Part shown: piece after piece, positions 10,296 to 20,690 of the stretch
Numbering within the stretch: position 1 is the first letter of the stretch
How the letters are laid out: each line of letters begins with the position of its first letter
Assembly: GCF_006345805.1 (NCBI RefSeq)
Contig: NC_042998.1
Span: forward strand, 186,868,001-186,932,000
Direction of reading: 5' to 3'
Length of the DNA: 64,000 nucleotides
From: Octopus sinensis
Taxonomy: Eukaryota
The notes under the pieces: model-generated
Database searches by the model: none
What the model was told of the DNA's origin: nothing
What the model saw: only the letters and a program-made list of their open reading frames with translations
Position numbers and translations under genes: made by a program

Positions 10296-11473
10296 TCATC
10301 ATCATCATCGTTTAACGTCCGCTTTCCATGCTAGCATGGGTTGGACGATTTGACTGAGGACTGGCAAACCAGATGGCTGCACCAGGCTCCAATCTTGATC
10401 TGGGAGAGTTTCTACAGCTGGATGCCCTTCTTAATGTCAACCACTCCGAGAGTGTAGTGGGTGCTTTTACGTGCCACCGGCACGGGGGCCAGTCAGGCGG
10501 CACTAGCAACGACCTCGCTCGACTCTTTTTACACATTCCACCGGCACAGCTGCCAGTAAGGCGGTGCTGGTAATGATCATGCTCGAATGGTGCCTTTTAC
10601 GTGCTATCGGCACGGAAGCCAGTTAGCCGCTCTGGCAACGATCACGCTCGGATGGTGCTCTTACCACCCTACTAGCACGGGGCTCAAGTGTCAGTAAGGC
10701 GACGCTGGTAACGATTACACTCGAATGGTGCCTTTTATGCGACACTGACACGGAAGCCGGTTAGCCGCTCTGTCAACGATCATACTCGTATGGTGCTCTT
10801 TGCACCCCACTAGCACGGATGCCAGTCATCGAATTTGATTTTGATTTCGATTACACTTGCCTCAGCAGGTCTTCGCAAGCAGAGTTTAGTGTCCAAAAAA
10901 GGAAAAGGTACGTATAAGTGGGCTGGTTACGCCCCTGGCATAGGTCACGGGGTTATGGTCTCATTTGGCTTGCCGGGTCTTCTCAAGCACAGCTTATTTC
11001 CAAAGGTCTCGGTCACTAATCATTTCCTTGGTGAGGCCTAAAGTTCGATGGTCGTGCTTCACCACTTCATCCCAGGTCTTCCTGGGTCTACCTCTTCCAC
11101 AGGTTCCCTCAACCGCTAGGGTGTGGCACTTTTTCACACAGCTATCCTCATCCATTCTCGCCACATGACCATACCAGCGCAGTCGTCTCTCTTGCACACC
11201 ACATCTGATGATTCTTAGGTCCAACTTTTCTTTCAAGGTACTTACACTCTGTCGAGTATGTACACTGACATTACACATCCATCGGATCATACTGGCTTTA
11301 TGCCTTGCGAGCTTACGCATATCCTCAGCAGTCACAGCCCGTTTCACTGCCATGTAGCATGGCTGTTTGTACACATGCATCGTACAATCTACCTTTTACT
11401 CTGAGCGAGGGACTCTTTGTCACCAGCAGAGATAAGATCTCTCTGAACTTTGCCCAAGCTATTCTTATTCTAG
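10296..11473 (-). mobile_element. RTE-clade LINE, 5'-truncated (ORF2 C-terminus, repeat-containing 3' UTR, (GAT)n tail)
   Basis: RIRIAWAKFRE...MLHGSET and RRLRWYGHVARMDE...GRGRPRKTW; tail GGAAAGCGGACGTTAAACGATGATG. Confidence 0.9.
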
Positions 11474-11474
11474 A

Positions 11475-11535
<61 letters not shown>

Positions 11536-11607
11536 TAATAATAATAATATAATGATAATAATAATAATAATAATAATGATAATAATAATAATAATAATAA
11601 TAATAAT
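11474..11607 (+). repeat. (TAA)n array
   Basis: Direct reading. Confidence 0.95.
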
Positions 11608-13311
11608 GTTACGGCAAAACGATCAGCCACCTTTTATATATGGATGACCTAAAACTATACGCTGCAAATGAGAAACAGCTGGAAACACTATTAAAGACAG
11701 TTCATGGATTTACCAAAGAAATAGATATGAAATTTGGATTAGAAAAATGCGCCAAAGTAACCATGAAAAGAGGAAAACAAGTTAAAAGTAACAACATCAC
11801 ACTAGATAAAACCAATGAAATAAAAGAATTAGACCAAAGCCAAACTTACAAATACTTAGGAATCCATGAACTAGATAAGACACAACACACACAAATGAAA
11901 GAGAAAATAAAAAAAGAATATTATAGACGAGTTAGATCAATACTAAAAACAGAGCTCAATGCTAAAAACAAGATAATAGGTATCAACACTTTAGCTGTCC
12001 CAGTTATAAGTTACAGCTACAATATCCTTAACTGGACACGAAATGAACTGTCCAAAATAGATAGGAAAACAAGAAAAATACTGACAGGATCTATGATGCA
12101 TCACCCAAAATCTGACATAGAAAGACTATATATACAACGTATAGAAGGTGGTAGAGGCCTTATACAGCTGGAAAACTACTATAAAATAACCACCATAGGA
12201 CTGCAAAAATACCTACTTCAGAAGGAAGGAAAACTGATCCAGATAGCAGCAAAACACGAGCAAAACAAAAAACTGTTCTCAGTATTTAAGGAAGCTGACA
12301 AATACAAACAAGAAATCATACCACCTAATAAACACGAAGAAGAAGAAGAAGAAGAAGAAGAAGAAGAAGAAGATGATGATGAAGAAACAACAAAAGCTAT
12401 AAAACAAATGAAATCCAAACTAAAAATAGAACAGCAACGAACCATGATAAAACGATGGCAAGAAAAGCCCCTTCATGGTAAATACTGCACTAAACTAAAC
12501 GCAAAAGAAATAGACAAAGAAAGATCCCAGCAATGGTTGAGAAGCTCAGGACTCAAAGCAGAAACAGAGGGATTTTTAATTGCAGCACAAGACCAAAGCC
12601 TCCCCACCAGAAATTACCAAAAACATGTAATGAAAAGAAATATTACAAGTAACTGCAGAATATGTGGAGATGGACAAGAAACAATAAATCATATTATCTC
12701 TAGCTGCCCAGTCCTGGCTAAGAAGGAATATATTCACAGACATGACAGAGTTGGGACCTACATACACTGGAAGCTATGCCAACATTATGGAATAACAACA
12801 GAAAAAAGGTGGTATAGGCACACACCAGAAAAGGTTACAGAAAACGAGAAAGCAACAATACTCTGGGATATGCCGATACACACAGATAGAGAAATTAAGG
12901 CCAACAGACCAGATATAGTTGTCAGAGATCATGAAGAAAAAAAATGCTTTCTAATTGATGTATCAATACCGGCAGATGACAACGTGTCTCTAAAAGAAAT
13001 GGAGAAACTCTCAAAATACAAAGACCTGGAAATAGAGGTAACTAGAATGTGGAATCTGAAAACAGAAACAATTCCTATCATAGTAGGTGCATTAGGCATG
13101 ATAAAAAAATATTTAGACAAATACATAACAAAAACACCAGGACTTACAAACACATATAACATACAGAAAATTGCACTACTAGGCACTGCACACATCCTAC
13201 GCAGAACACTTTCCATACAATAACCATCAGAGCATCACAACAAATCACAGGCACACAGAGCTGCGCTCGGTAGTGAAGTGAAAGCACGATATAAAAATAA
13301 AACTACTGAAT
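11608..13311 (+). mobile_element. R4/Dong-clade non-LTR retrotransposon, 5'-truncated, subfamily 2 (RT C-half, CCHC knuckle, RLE; open frame 11610-13223)
   Basis: SHLLYMDDLKLY (RT YxDD), YKYLG, CRICGDGQETINHIISSC (CCHC), RPDIV...LIDVSIP...KYKDL (RLE); flanked by (TAA)n at both ends. Confidence 0.93.
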
Positions 13312-13439
13312 GATAATAATAATAATAATAATAATTTGGCGATTTGCTGTTTGAGAAAACATACTGAATAAGTAAAATCGAGGTCATACAGGTGTGTCTT
13401 TTACCTTCATGCATCTCCCCAACACACACACACACACAC

Positions 13440-14155
13440 ACACAATTTGTCCCTCCCCTCTCACCCCACCTAATCTATCTTTCGAAAGCCCTCTTCCCCA
13501 CTCATGACCTCCACCCGCTGCATGCCTCTCCACTCTCCTTCGCGAGCATACTCGAACATAATCACTCTCAATACTCTCACATATCTGCCATAGTTCCCTT
13601 GTGCCATGCCCTTTATATCTTTCACTATCACTTGCTAGTCACCTCTCCCCATCTCTTAACTCACATTCTTGTTACATCCCCATTGCCCAATCTTCTGTAC
13701 TATTTACATTCACGCCCATTGTACCCTGTGAATATATCCGACATATCTCCACCACCACCACTATCATATCTCTCACTGTCTGTCTCTATTTTCTTTCCTG
13801 TCTTTTACAACTAAGGTAGCCAGGTATCTCCTCTATAGTCAGACACCTATTCCCATCCCTCTTATATTTTAATCACTCAATTGTCACAAAGCCACCTCAC
13901 TCAATACTCCTCCTTCTCCTAGACACAGGGTTTTTGCCTTGCAAGTTACTTAGTGACCCCGCAGGTACTGCTACCACGTAAAAAGCACCCGGCATACGCA
14001 CGCAGTGAAGTGGTTGGCGTTAGGAACGGTATCCAGCCGTAGAAACCATGTCAAAGCAGAGATGGAACCTGATGTATTTCTCTGGCTTAGCAGCTCCTGT
14101 CAAACCGTGCAACCAATGCCAGCACAGAAAGCAAACGTTAAATGATGATGATGGT
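13440..14155 (+). mobile_element. Old element with pyrimidine-rich body and RTE-type 3' tail
   Basis: Tail GTTGGCGTTAGGAA.GG.ATCCAGCCGTAGAAAC...ACGTTAAATGATGATG; a similar body and tail occur at about 29990-30615. Confidence 0.5.
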
Positions 14156-14339
14156 TTATGAACAAGTCAGGAGTGGCTGTGTGCTAAGAAGTTTGCTTCC
14201 CATCCACATGGCTCCGGGTTCAGTTCCACTGCGAGGCGGCACCTTGGGCAAGTGTCTTCTACAATAGCCTTGTGAGTGGATTTGGTAGACATAAACTGAA
14301 AGAAGCCCGTCGTATATATATATATATATATATATATAT

Positions 14340-14980
14340 TGGTGCGTTGTTGCACCATTTATCTACTTTTATATATATATATACGCCTTCAAAACGCGGA
14401 GTAGTTGAAACATGGACAATTTTCACCTAATTTCTGAATTACTACTACTTGGCGGTTTGAGTTCTGGCTGCTCTCTCTGGTGGACGAATGGCCTGTTAAG
14501 GCCATTCCTAAATTTGTTATATTTATATATTTAGTCTTTGACTATTTTCTCTTTTCCACTAGGCCGCTGGTAGCGATAAATTTCTATTGAATTTTGATTA
14601 ATTGATAATTTTCTGACTAATTCTGAGATTGAATCGGCAGTTTATATTTACTGCTGATAAGTTGGCGCGAATACGTTGGTCTTGAAAATTTTAAGACATA
14701 TATTCCGGAGGCATTGATACAGACGCCTCGTGTATATTTGTCTCTCCCAGGTTTTTTACTGATGAAGTGTGACCTATGGTAGATTGGCTTAATTTAATTT
14801 AATTAAGCTAGTTTATCATTAAAAACACAGAAACGATGCATCGTCTAAAAGATGAATTAGGGTAAACGTTTTTAAATTTCCACCTAATTTCTGAATTACT
14901 ACTACTTGGCGGTTTGAGTTCTGGGTGCTCTCTCTGGTGGACGAATGGCCTGTTAAGGCCATTCCTAAATTTGTTATATA
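14340..14980 (+). mobile_element. Penelope-like element remnant with about 97-bp direct repeats (14426-14522 and 14881-14977)
   Basis: Direct repeats, a hammerhead motif just 5' of the second repeat, and (TA)n flanks. Confidence 0.6.
14751..14853 (+). ncRNA. Candidate type-I hammerhead ribozyme with extended stem II
   Basis: GUUUUUUA CUGAUGA A GUGU-[19-bp helix 14776-14794/14801-14819]-ACAC A GAAA CGA UGCA UCG UC^ UAAAAGAU. Confidence 0.72.
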
Positions 14981-15002
14981 TATATATATATATATACACA
15001 CA

Positions 15003-15399
15003 CAGGGTTATTCAAAAAGAATGAACCGATTTCATTACAAATTATTTTAATAAGGAAAAGCAATAGAAAACTCCAGCTAAGTCACAAGTATTTACTCACA
15101 ATCAACTTCTATTTCCTGTCTTACAAGTGTTCAATGTAGCCACCACCTGCAGCACGGGCAACATCAATGCGATAAGAGAATTCCTCCCAGACGCGTATCA
15201 GCCTATCACGATCCACTGAGTACTTCTTTGGCTGTCTGGTTGAATGCTTTACCAAAGTTTTTCCATTTCCCTTCTATGTCAATATCTTCTGGAATTGCCT
15301 CAAGCAAAGCAAATTTATTCTTTAGTTCCATAATGAACTTGCTTTTCCTTATTAAAATATTGCGTAATGAAATCGGTTCATTCTTTTTTAATAACCCTG
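15003..15399. mobile_element. Tc1/mariner-type MITE (about 60-bp TIRs) holding a transposase C-terminus and an RTE ORF2 fragment
   Basis: TIR CAGGGTTATT.AAAAAGAATGAACCGATTTCATTAC. Minus-strand peptides KFIMELKNKFALL...WKNF...TAKEVL and LIRVWEEFSYRIDVARAAGGGYIEHL*. Confidence 0.8.
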
Positions 15400-15418
15400 T
15401 GTGTATGTGTATGTGTAT

Positions 15419-15450
<32 letters not shown>

Positions 15451-15744
15451 CGCACAAACACATATATATTTATATGTATGTGTGTCTGTGATTGTCCCCC
15501 CAACATCGCTTGACAACCGATGTTGGTGTGTTTACGTCCCCGTAACTTAGCGGTTCGGCAAAAGACCAATAGAATAAATACAAGGCTTACAAAGAATAAG
15601 TCCTGGGGTCGATTTCTTTGACTAAAAGGCAGTGCTCCAGCATAGCCGCAGTCAAATGACTGAAACAAAGGAAAAGTTCGGCAAATTTAAAGGGAGGAGG
15701 TTTAATCGATACCATTGACCTTGTACTTGATGCATTATTTTTTT

Positions 15745-15972
15745 CTTTACTACCCACAAGGGGCTAAACACAGAGAGGACAAACAAGGACAGACAAACGG
15801 ATTAAGTCGATTACATCGACACCAGTGCGTCACTGGTACTTAATTTATAGACCCCGAAATGATGAAAGTCAAAGTCGACCTCGGCGGAATTTGAACTCAG
15901 AACGTAACGGCAGACGAAATACGGCTACGCATTTCGCCCGGCGTGCTAACGTTTCTGCCAGCTCGCCGCCTT
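15745..15972 (-). mobile_element. SINE family A, full length
   Basis: Reverse complement of the family A consensus; imperfect TSD tgatgc(a/t)ttatttt. Confidence 0.9.
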
Positions 15973-16134
15973 CTGATGCTTTATTTTATCAACACCGAAA
16001 GGATGAAAGGCCAAATCTTTGTACGACTTTGAGAGATGGTAAAGAGCTGGAACAAACACTGCAAGTTGTTCTTTTCTGATGCTTTCACAAGTCTGTCAGC
16101 CCACTAGCTTCACTAATATTAATGGCTTTAGGGT

Positions 16135-16540
16135 TTGGCACAAGGCCAGAGATTTTAGGGACAAGAGGTTAGTCAATTAGATCGAATCAAGTGCTCAACT
16201 GTTACTTATCTTATCGACCCCGGAAAGGTGAAAAGTAAAGATGACTTAAAGTTGACCACGGCAACATTTGAACTCAGAACATGAAAAGCTGGGGAAAAAA
16301 TTTTAAATGAATAATAACAACAATAATCCTTTCTATTATAGGTACAAGGCCTGAAATTTGGAGGGAAAGGTCAAGTCGATTACATCAATCTCAGTGTTCA
16401 ACTGATACCTATTTTATCGACCTCGAAACGATGAAAGGCCACGTCGACCCTCGGCAGAATTTGAACTAGGAACCAAAAGATAGACAGAATACCGCAAGGA
16501 ATTTTGCCCGATATGCTAACGATTCTGCCAGCTCGTCGAC
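16135..16540 (+). mobile_element. Two decayed SINE family A-related (older subfamily) segments
   Basis: GGCACAAGGCC.GAAATTT...TCGAC...AATTTGAAC motifs. Confidence 0.55.
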
Positions 16541-16760
16541 TTAACCCTAATAATAACAATACATATAAAAACAATGAGACACTAGCTAACCTTATAACTC
16601 AGTTACTTTAAGTCATAACCTTTAAGATCTCTAAGCTTTGAATAATGTATGACCATAGCAATATTAAATGTTATACGTTTGTTTGAACCATGTAAAGCCT
16701 ACAAAACAATTTATGATGAGAGGTATCCAAGCAACAATCATACAGTTTGTTTTTATTCAG

Positions 16761-19450
16761 TCATCATTATCATTTAACGTCCGTTTTCCATACTGGCATG
16801 GGTTGGACGACTTGACAAGAGCTGGCAAAGCCAGAGGCCGTACTAGGTTCCATAGTCTGTTTTCTACAGCTAGGTGACCTTCCTAAAGTCAACCATTTTA
16901 CAGAGAGTACTGGGTGCTTTTTACGTGGCACCAGCGCCAATGCTTTTCGCATGGCACCTTGGTTTTGGGATATCAATTTCATTGTCTATTGTAGTCTTCT
17001 TGAGTACAGCAACGAATTACCTGCCTCGGTCTTCTATCATCTCCTTCGCAAGGCTCAGAGTTTTGAGATCGGCCTTCAATACTTCGTCCCATGTCTTCCT
17101 GGGTCTCCTTCAACTTCCTTCTACTTTAAGTGATCAGCACTTCTTTATGCAACTATCCTTATTCACCCGCATCACATGACCAAACCGGCGCAGTCTGCAT
17201 CTCATTCCTCTTATGTCTAACTATTCTTTCAATGCACTGGTGTTCTATCACGCATGTACACTGGAATTGACATCCAGTGGAGCATGCAAACTTCTTCCCC
17301 CTCCAGTCTTCGCATGTTTTCTGCATTCAGAGTCCACGTTTCATGCCATGTAGCATTGCAGTTTCTGTACAGGCATCATACAATCTTCCTTTCACTACGA
17401 GAGACCTTTGGTTGCTAATACAGGTAAAAGCTCCATGAACTTTCACTATCCTATTCTTATTTTAGCAATTACACATTCGGTACATCCTCCTCCACTGCTA
17501 ATTAGGTCACTCAGGTAGCAGAAATTACCTACTGCTTCCCGAGAGACTCCGAGACATACGAGAACATCAGTTTCCCGTACAGCCGTAGTCTTTATGGCTC
17601 CCACATAAACACTACTTTCTCTATTAACCTTCCTAGGATCTTTTCGGTTTGAATAGCAGTTTTTTTCTAGGAGTGTCATATGAAATTGTCACCCATAATT
17701 ATGACCCTAGTATCGATCTATTGCATTTCAATCTCTTTAGGGTTAGGGTTAGGGGTGGAGGAAGGGTATCTTTTTTTCTTCAGAAATGTAAATAAACCCA
17801 ATCTGTTTCTTAAACGAGGGACATATTCATACGGCACAGAATGTTTTCAACTCAATAGACGTCATTGATTGGTTGATATTGCAGAAATTGAAGAAGAAAA
17901 AAAAACAACAAATATCTTACAAACCATAGAATTTTCTCAATAAAGCCAAGAGAAAAAGATGTTTTATAAACACATTCTACCAGTATACGAAGTTTAAAAG
18001 TGTTTAGTTACGTGGAAATTATTTTTAAAAACTGCCGTTCAAACCGAAAAGATCCCCTTCCTACCATTCCACTTTACCTCTTGTGTGTCCATAGCTTGTA
18101 CACTAAATGGAGTTTCCGTCTATACCCTTCCTAGAAGTTGAGCAGGGCCATTTACCTGAAGGCGACAAGGTCCTGTCTGATCTTTTGCTTTCTAGGAACT
18201 TGGTCTTTGTTAAGTTTACTTCAAAACCTTTTGATTCCAGCTTCTGTTTCCACACCTCGAATTTCTTTTCTAATTCTGTGACAAATTCTGATACGAGGGC
18301 CAGATCATCAGCATATAAGAGTTCTCATGGGCTTCTAGTTTTGAAATTCCTGTTTATGGCTTGGAGGACGATGGTGAATAGGAGAGGACTGAAGACCAAG
18401 CCTTGATGAATACCTACCTGTACACTAAATTCGTCACTGTAACTCTTACCTTACTAACAGCACCCTTGTACATGGCCTGTGTTACTTCCACAAGCCATTC
18501 GTATAGCCCTAGCTTCTTTTGAGACCACATCACAGAGCGAGGTAACTATCGAAGGCTATTTCTAGATCAGCAAATGCTTGCTCTTACCTAGATACTTGCA
18601 TGTTTTCTGCATTCAGAGTCCATGTTTCATTGCCATGTAGCATTGCATTTTTTTTATATGCATCATACAATCTTCCTTTCACTAAGAGAGACTTTTGGTT
18701 ACCAACTGAGGTAAAAGCTTGCTCTTACCTAGTTACTTCTTTTGCAGTTGCCTGTGAAAATATGATCCGTGATGCCCCCCACCCACAAGGCAAGGCCAAA
18801 CTGCATTTCATCTAGTCTAATTTTGTTTCTAATTGATTGGGCTGTAACGTTGCCCGTAACTTCTTTCACTTGGTCCAGCAATCTGACGCCCCTGTAATTC
18901 TATATAAGGTATTTCCCTTCCTCTGCAGCAGCTGTCTATGCTGTTGCTACACCAGTCACTGAGGACAACGCCTTCCTGAATAACCTGATTAACTATACAG
19001 GTGACTATACCGTATCCAACTTTACCAGGTATTTTAAGCATCTCAGCTGTGACTCCTGATGGACCGGGGAGGGAGGGCTTCATCTTTAATTTTCTTACCT
19101 AACGTTATTGTCCACTAGGATAGCTGGTCCCTCAGTTGGGTTCATATGAGGGAGAATCCCTTTCTCCTATTCATTCTCTATTTTTAATAGCTTTTCATAG
19201 TAGCTCTTCCATGCCCCTTTCTTTTCAGGATTGCTAGAGCAAGTGTACCATTATCAGCCCATACACACATCTCGATTTTCTCTAAGACACTGCCTGACAA
19301 TCTGTAACACCTGATCGTCATACTTAAGACATGGGTAAACCTCTTCTTTTCTGCTTTTCTACCTTCACTAGATAAACCTGACATATAGCTCCTCTCTTAG
19401 CTATCTTATATGGTTCTTTGCTACTCCCACACTTCCACTCTTCTGTTATG
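16761..19450 (-). mobile_element. Degraded RTE LINE (RT domain to tail), interrupted by a MITE
   Basis: Minus-strand SPLLFTIVLQ...ELLYADDLAL (about 18400-18290); RTE C-terminal motifs; tail at 16761. Confidence 0.8.
17636..18055. mobile_element. MITE with 30-bp TIRs, 8-bp TSD and internal TTAGGG repeats
   Basis: TIR GGATCTTTTCGGTTTGAA..GCAGTTTTT; TSD ccttccta (17628-17635 and 18056-18063). Confidence 0.85.
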
Positions 19451-19904
19451 GCCCTGTCGACCTCCTTGTTCAGCCATACTCTTATTTTTAATTTTTGAAG
19501 TGGGATTTGAAAGCGATTTGGCAACTATTTCTGCTAGTCAAGCAACTTTTGTTGTTTCGAGGTTCCACATGCCACCCAGCTCTTTACTTTTATAGGGGTT
19601 TCATAAATACTAACCCAAGTAGGTCAACCCCTGGCAAAAGCAATATGACTTCAAAGAATGTACTCAACTTTAAACGGTTCAGACTATATACCATTACAAA
19701 ATCAATTACTAATTTCATGTTGAGTGATTAGACAAAGAAAGCAGAAGGTTAAAAGTATTTTGTGAAGAGCACACGTGTTCACTAAATCGACAATATCTTA
19801 ACATAACATTTTTTTTATACAGATCTATATTTAAGAGATGAAGGCTGGAGGGTATATCAGCCAAAACGTGTTAACAACTAGATGAGGACAAATTTCCGTG
19901 AAAT

Positions 19905-20125
19905 CATCATCATTTAACGTCCGCTTTCCATGCTAGCATGGGTTGGACGATTTGACTGAGGACTGGCGAACCAGATGGCTGCACCAGGCTTCAATCTGAT
20001 CTGGCAGTGTTTCTACAGCTGGATGCCCTTCCTAACGCCAACCACTCCGAGAGTGTAGTGGGTGCTTTTATGTGCCACCGGCACGAGGGCCAGTATGGTG
20101 GTACTGGCAACAACCTCGCTCGAAT
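19905..20125 (-). mobile_element. RTE LINE 3' end (short)
   Basis: Near-identical to the 10296-10510 tail. Confidence 0.88.
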
Positions 20126-20243
20126 ATGGGAATGTAAATAAATATATTTTTTTGTGATACAGAGAAACTTTTCATATAAACAGTTAATTTCTTGGATTAT
20201 AATACAATAATAAAAAAACAAACTTTCATTTGACAGTTAAGTC

Positions 20244-20249
20244 TTTATT
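20244..20249 (-). promoter_or_regulatory. Candidate polyadenylation signal
   Basis: AATAAA (minus) with downstream gtttgttttttattattgt. Confidence 0.45.
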
Positions 20250-20601
20250 TTACAGTAGTTGAGGAAAAAAATGATTTAAATTTCATAGTAAGTACCACAT
20301 CCAAGATTCATATTGCAGGAACTAGAGACATGGCACAGTTTGGTAAGTTTTCTTCAATGGAACACAAAAATAGGCATGGAATTTCTACCAGACACACGTG
20401 CATTAGCCAACAACCATAAACACGCATGCACACATACATGCAAACACACATGTAAATCAATACACACACACAAACACACACCTGTGTGCACACTTACGTT
20501 GCACACCCACACATTCACACACTAAATGTACATCGGAGGTTTAAAATGAACTTGTTTGTTTTTCAACTCAGAAAAAGAACAAGACCTGCCAAATGGCAGT
20601 G

Positions 20602-20603
20602 GC

Positions 20604-20640
<37 letters not shown>

Positions 20641-20646
20641 GAGAAG

Positions 20647-20677
<31 letters not shown>

Positions 20678-20690
20678 AGAGAAGGAGAGA
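20602..20690 (+). repeat. (GA)n microsatellite
   Basis: Direct reading. Confidence 0.9.

Larger units (their letters stand above)
14166..15675 (+). mobile_element. SINE family C split into a 5' half (14166-14315) and a 3' half (15475-15675) by nested insertions
   Basis: The halves are collinear with intact copies; the break falls at the internal microsatellite. Confidence 0.8.

Noticed and set aside
10470-10815. Repeat-spacer-like pattern resembling CRISPR (also the 189-bp array at 199-975)
   Set aside because: Eukaryotic context; the units are degenerate whole-unit tandem repeats within LINE/SINE sequence, with no unique spacers and no cas genes.
11640-13223. 527-aa ORF as a host gene
   Set aside because: Starts mid-RT at a TAA junction and has the RT-CCHC-RLE layout of a truncated retrotransposon, with no splice or promoter evidence of domestication.
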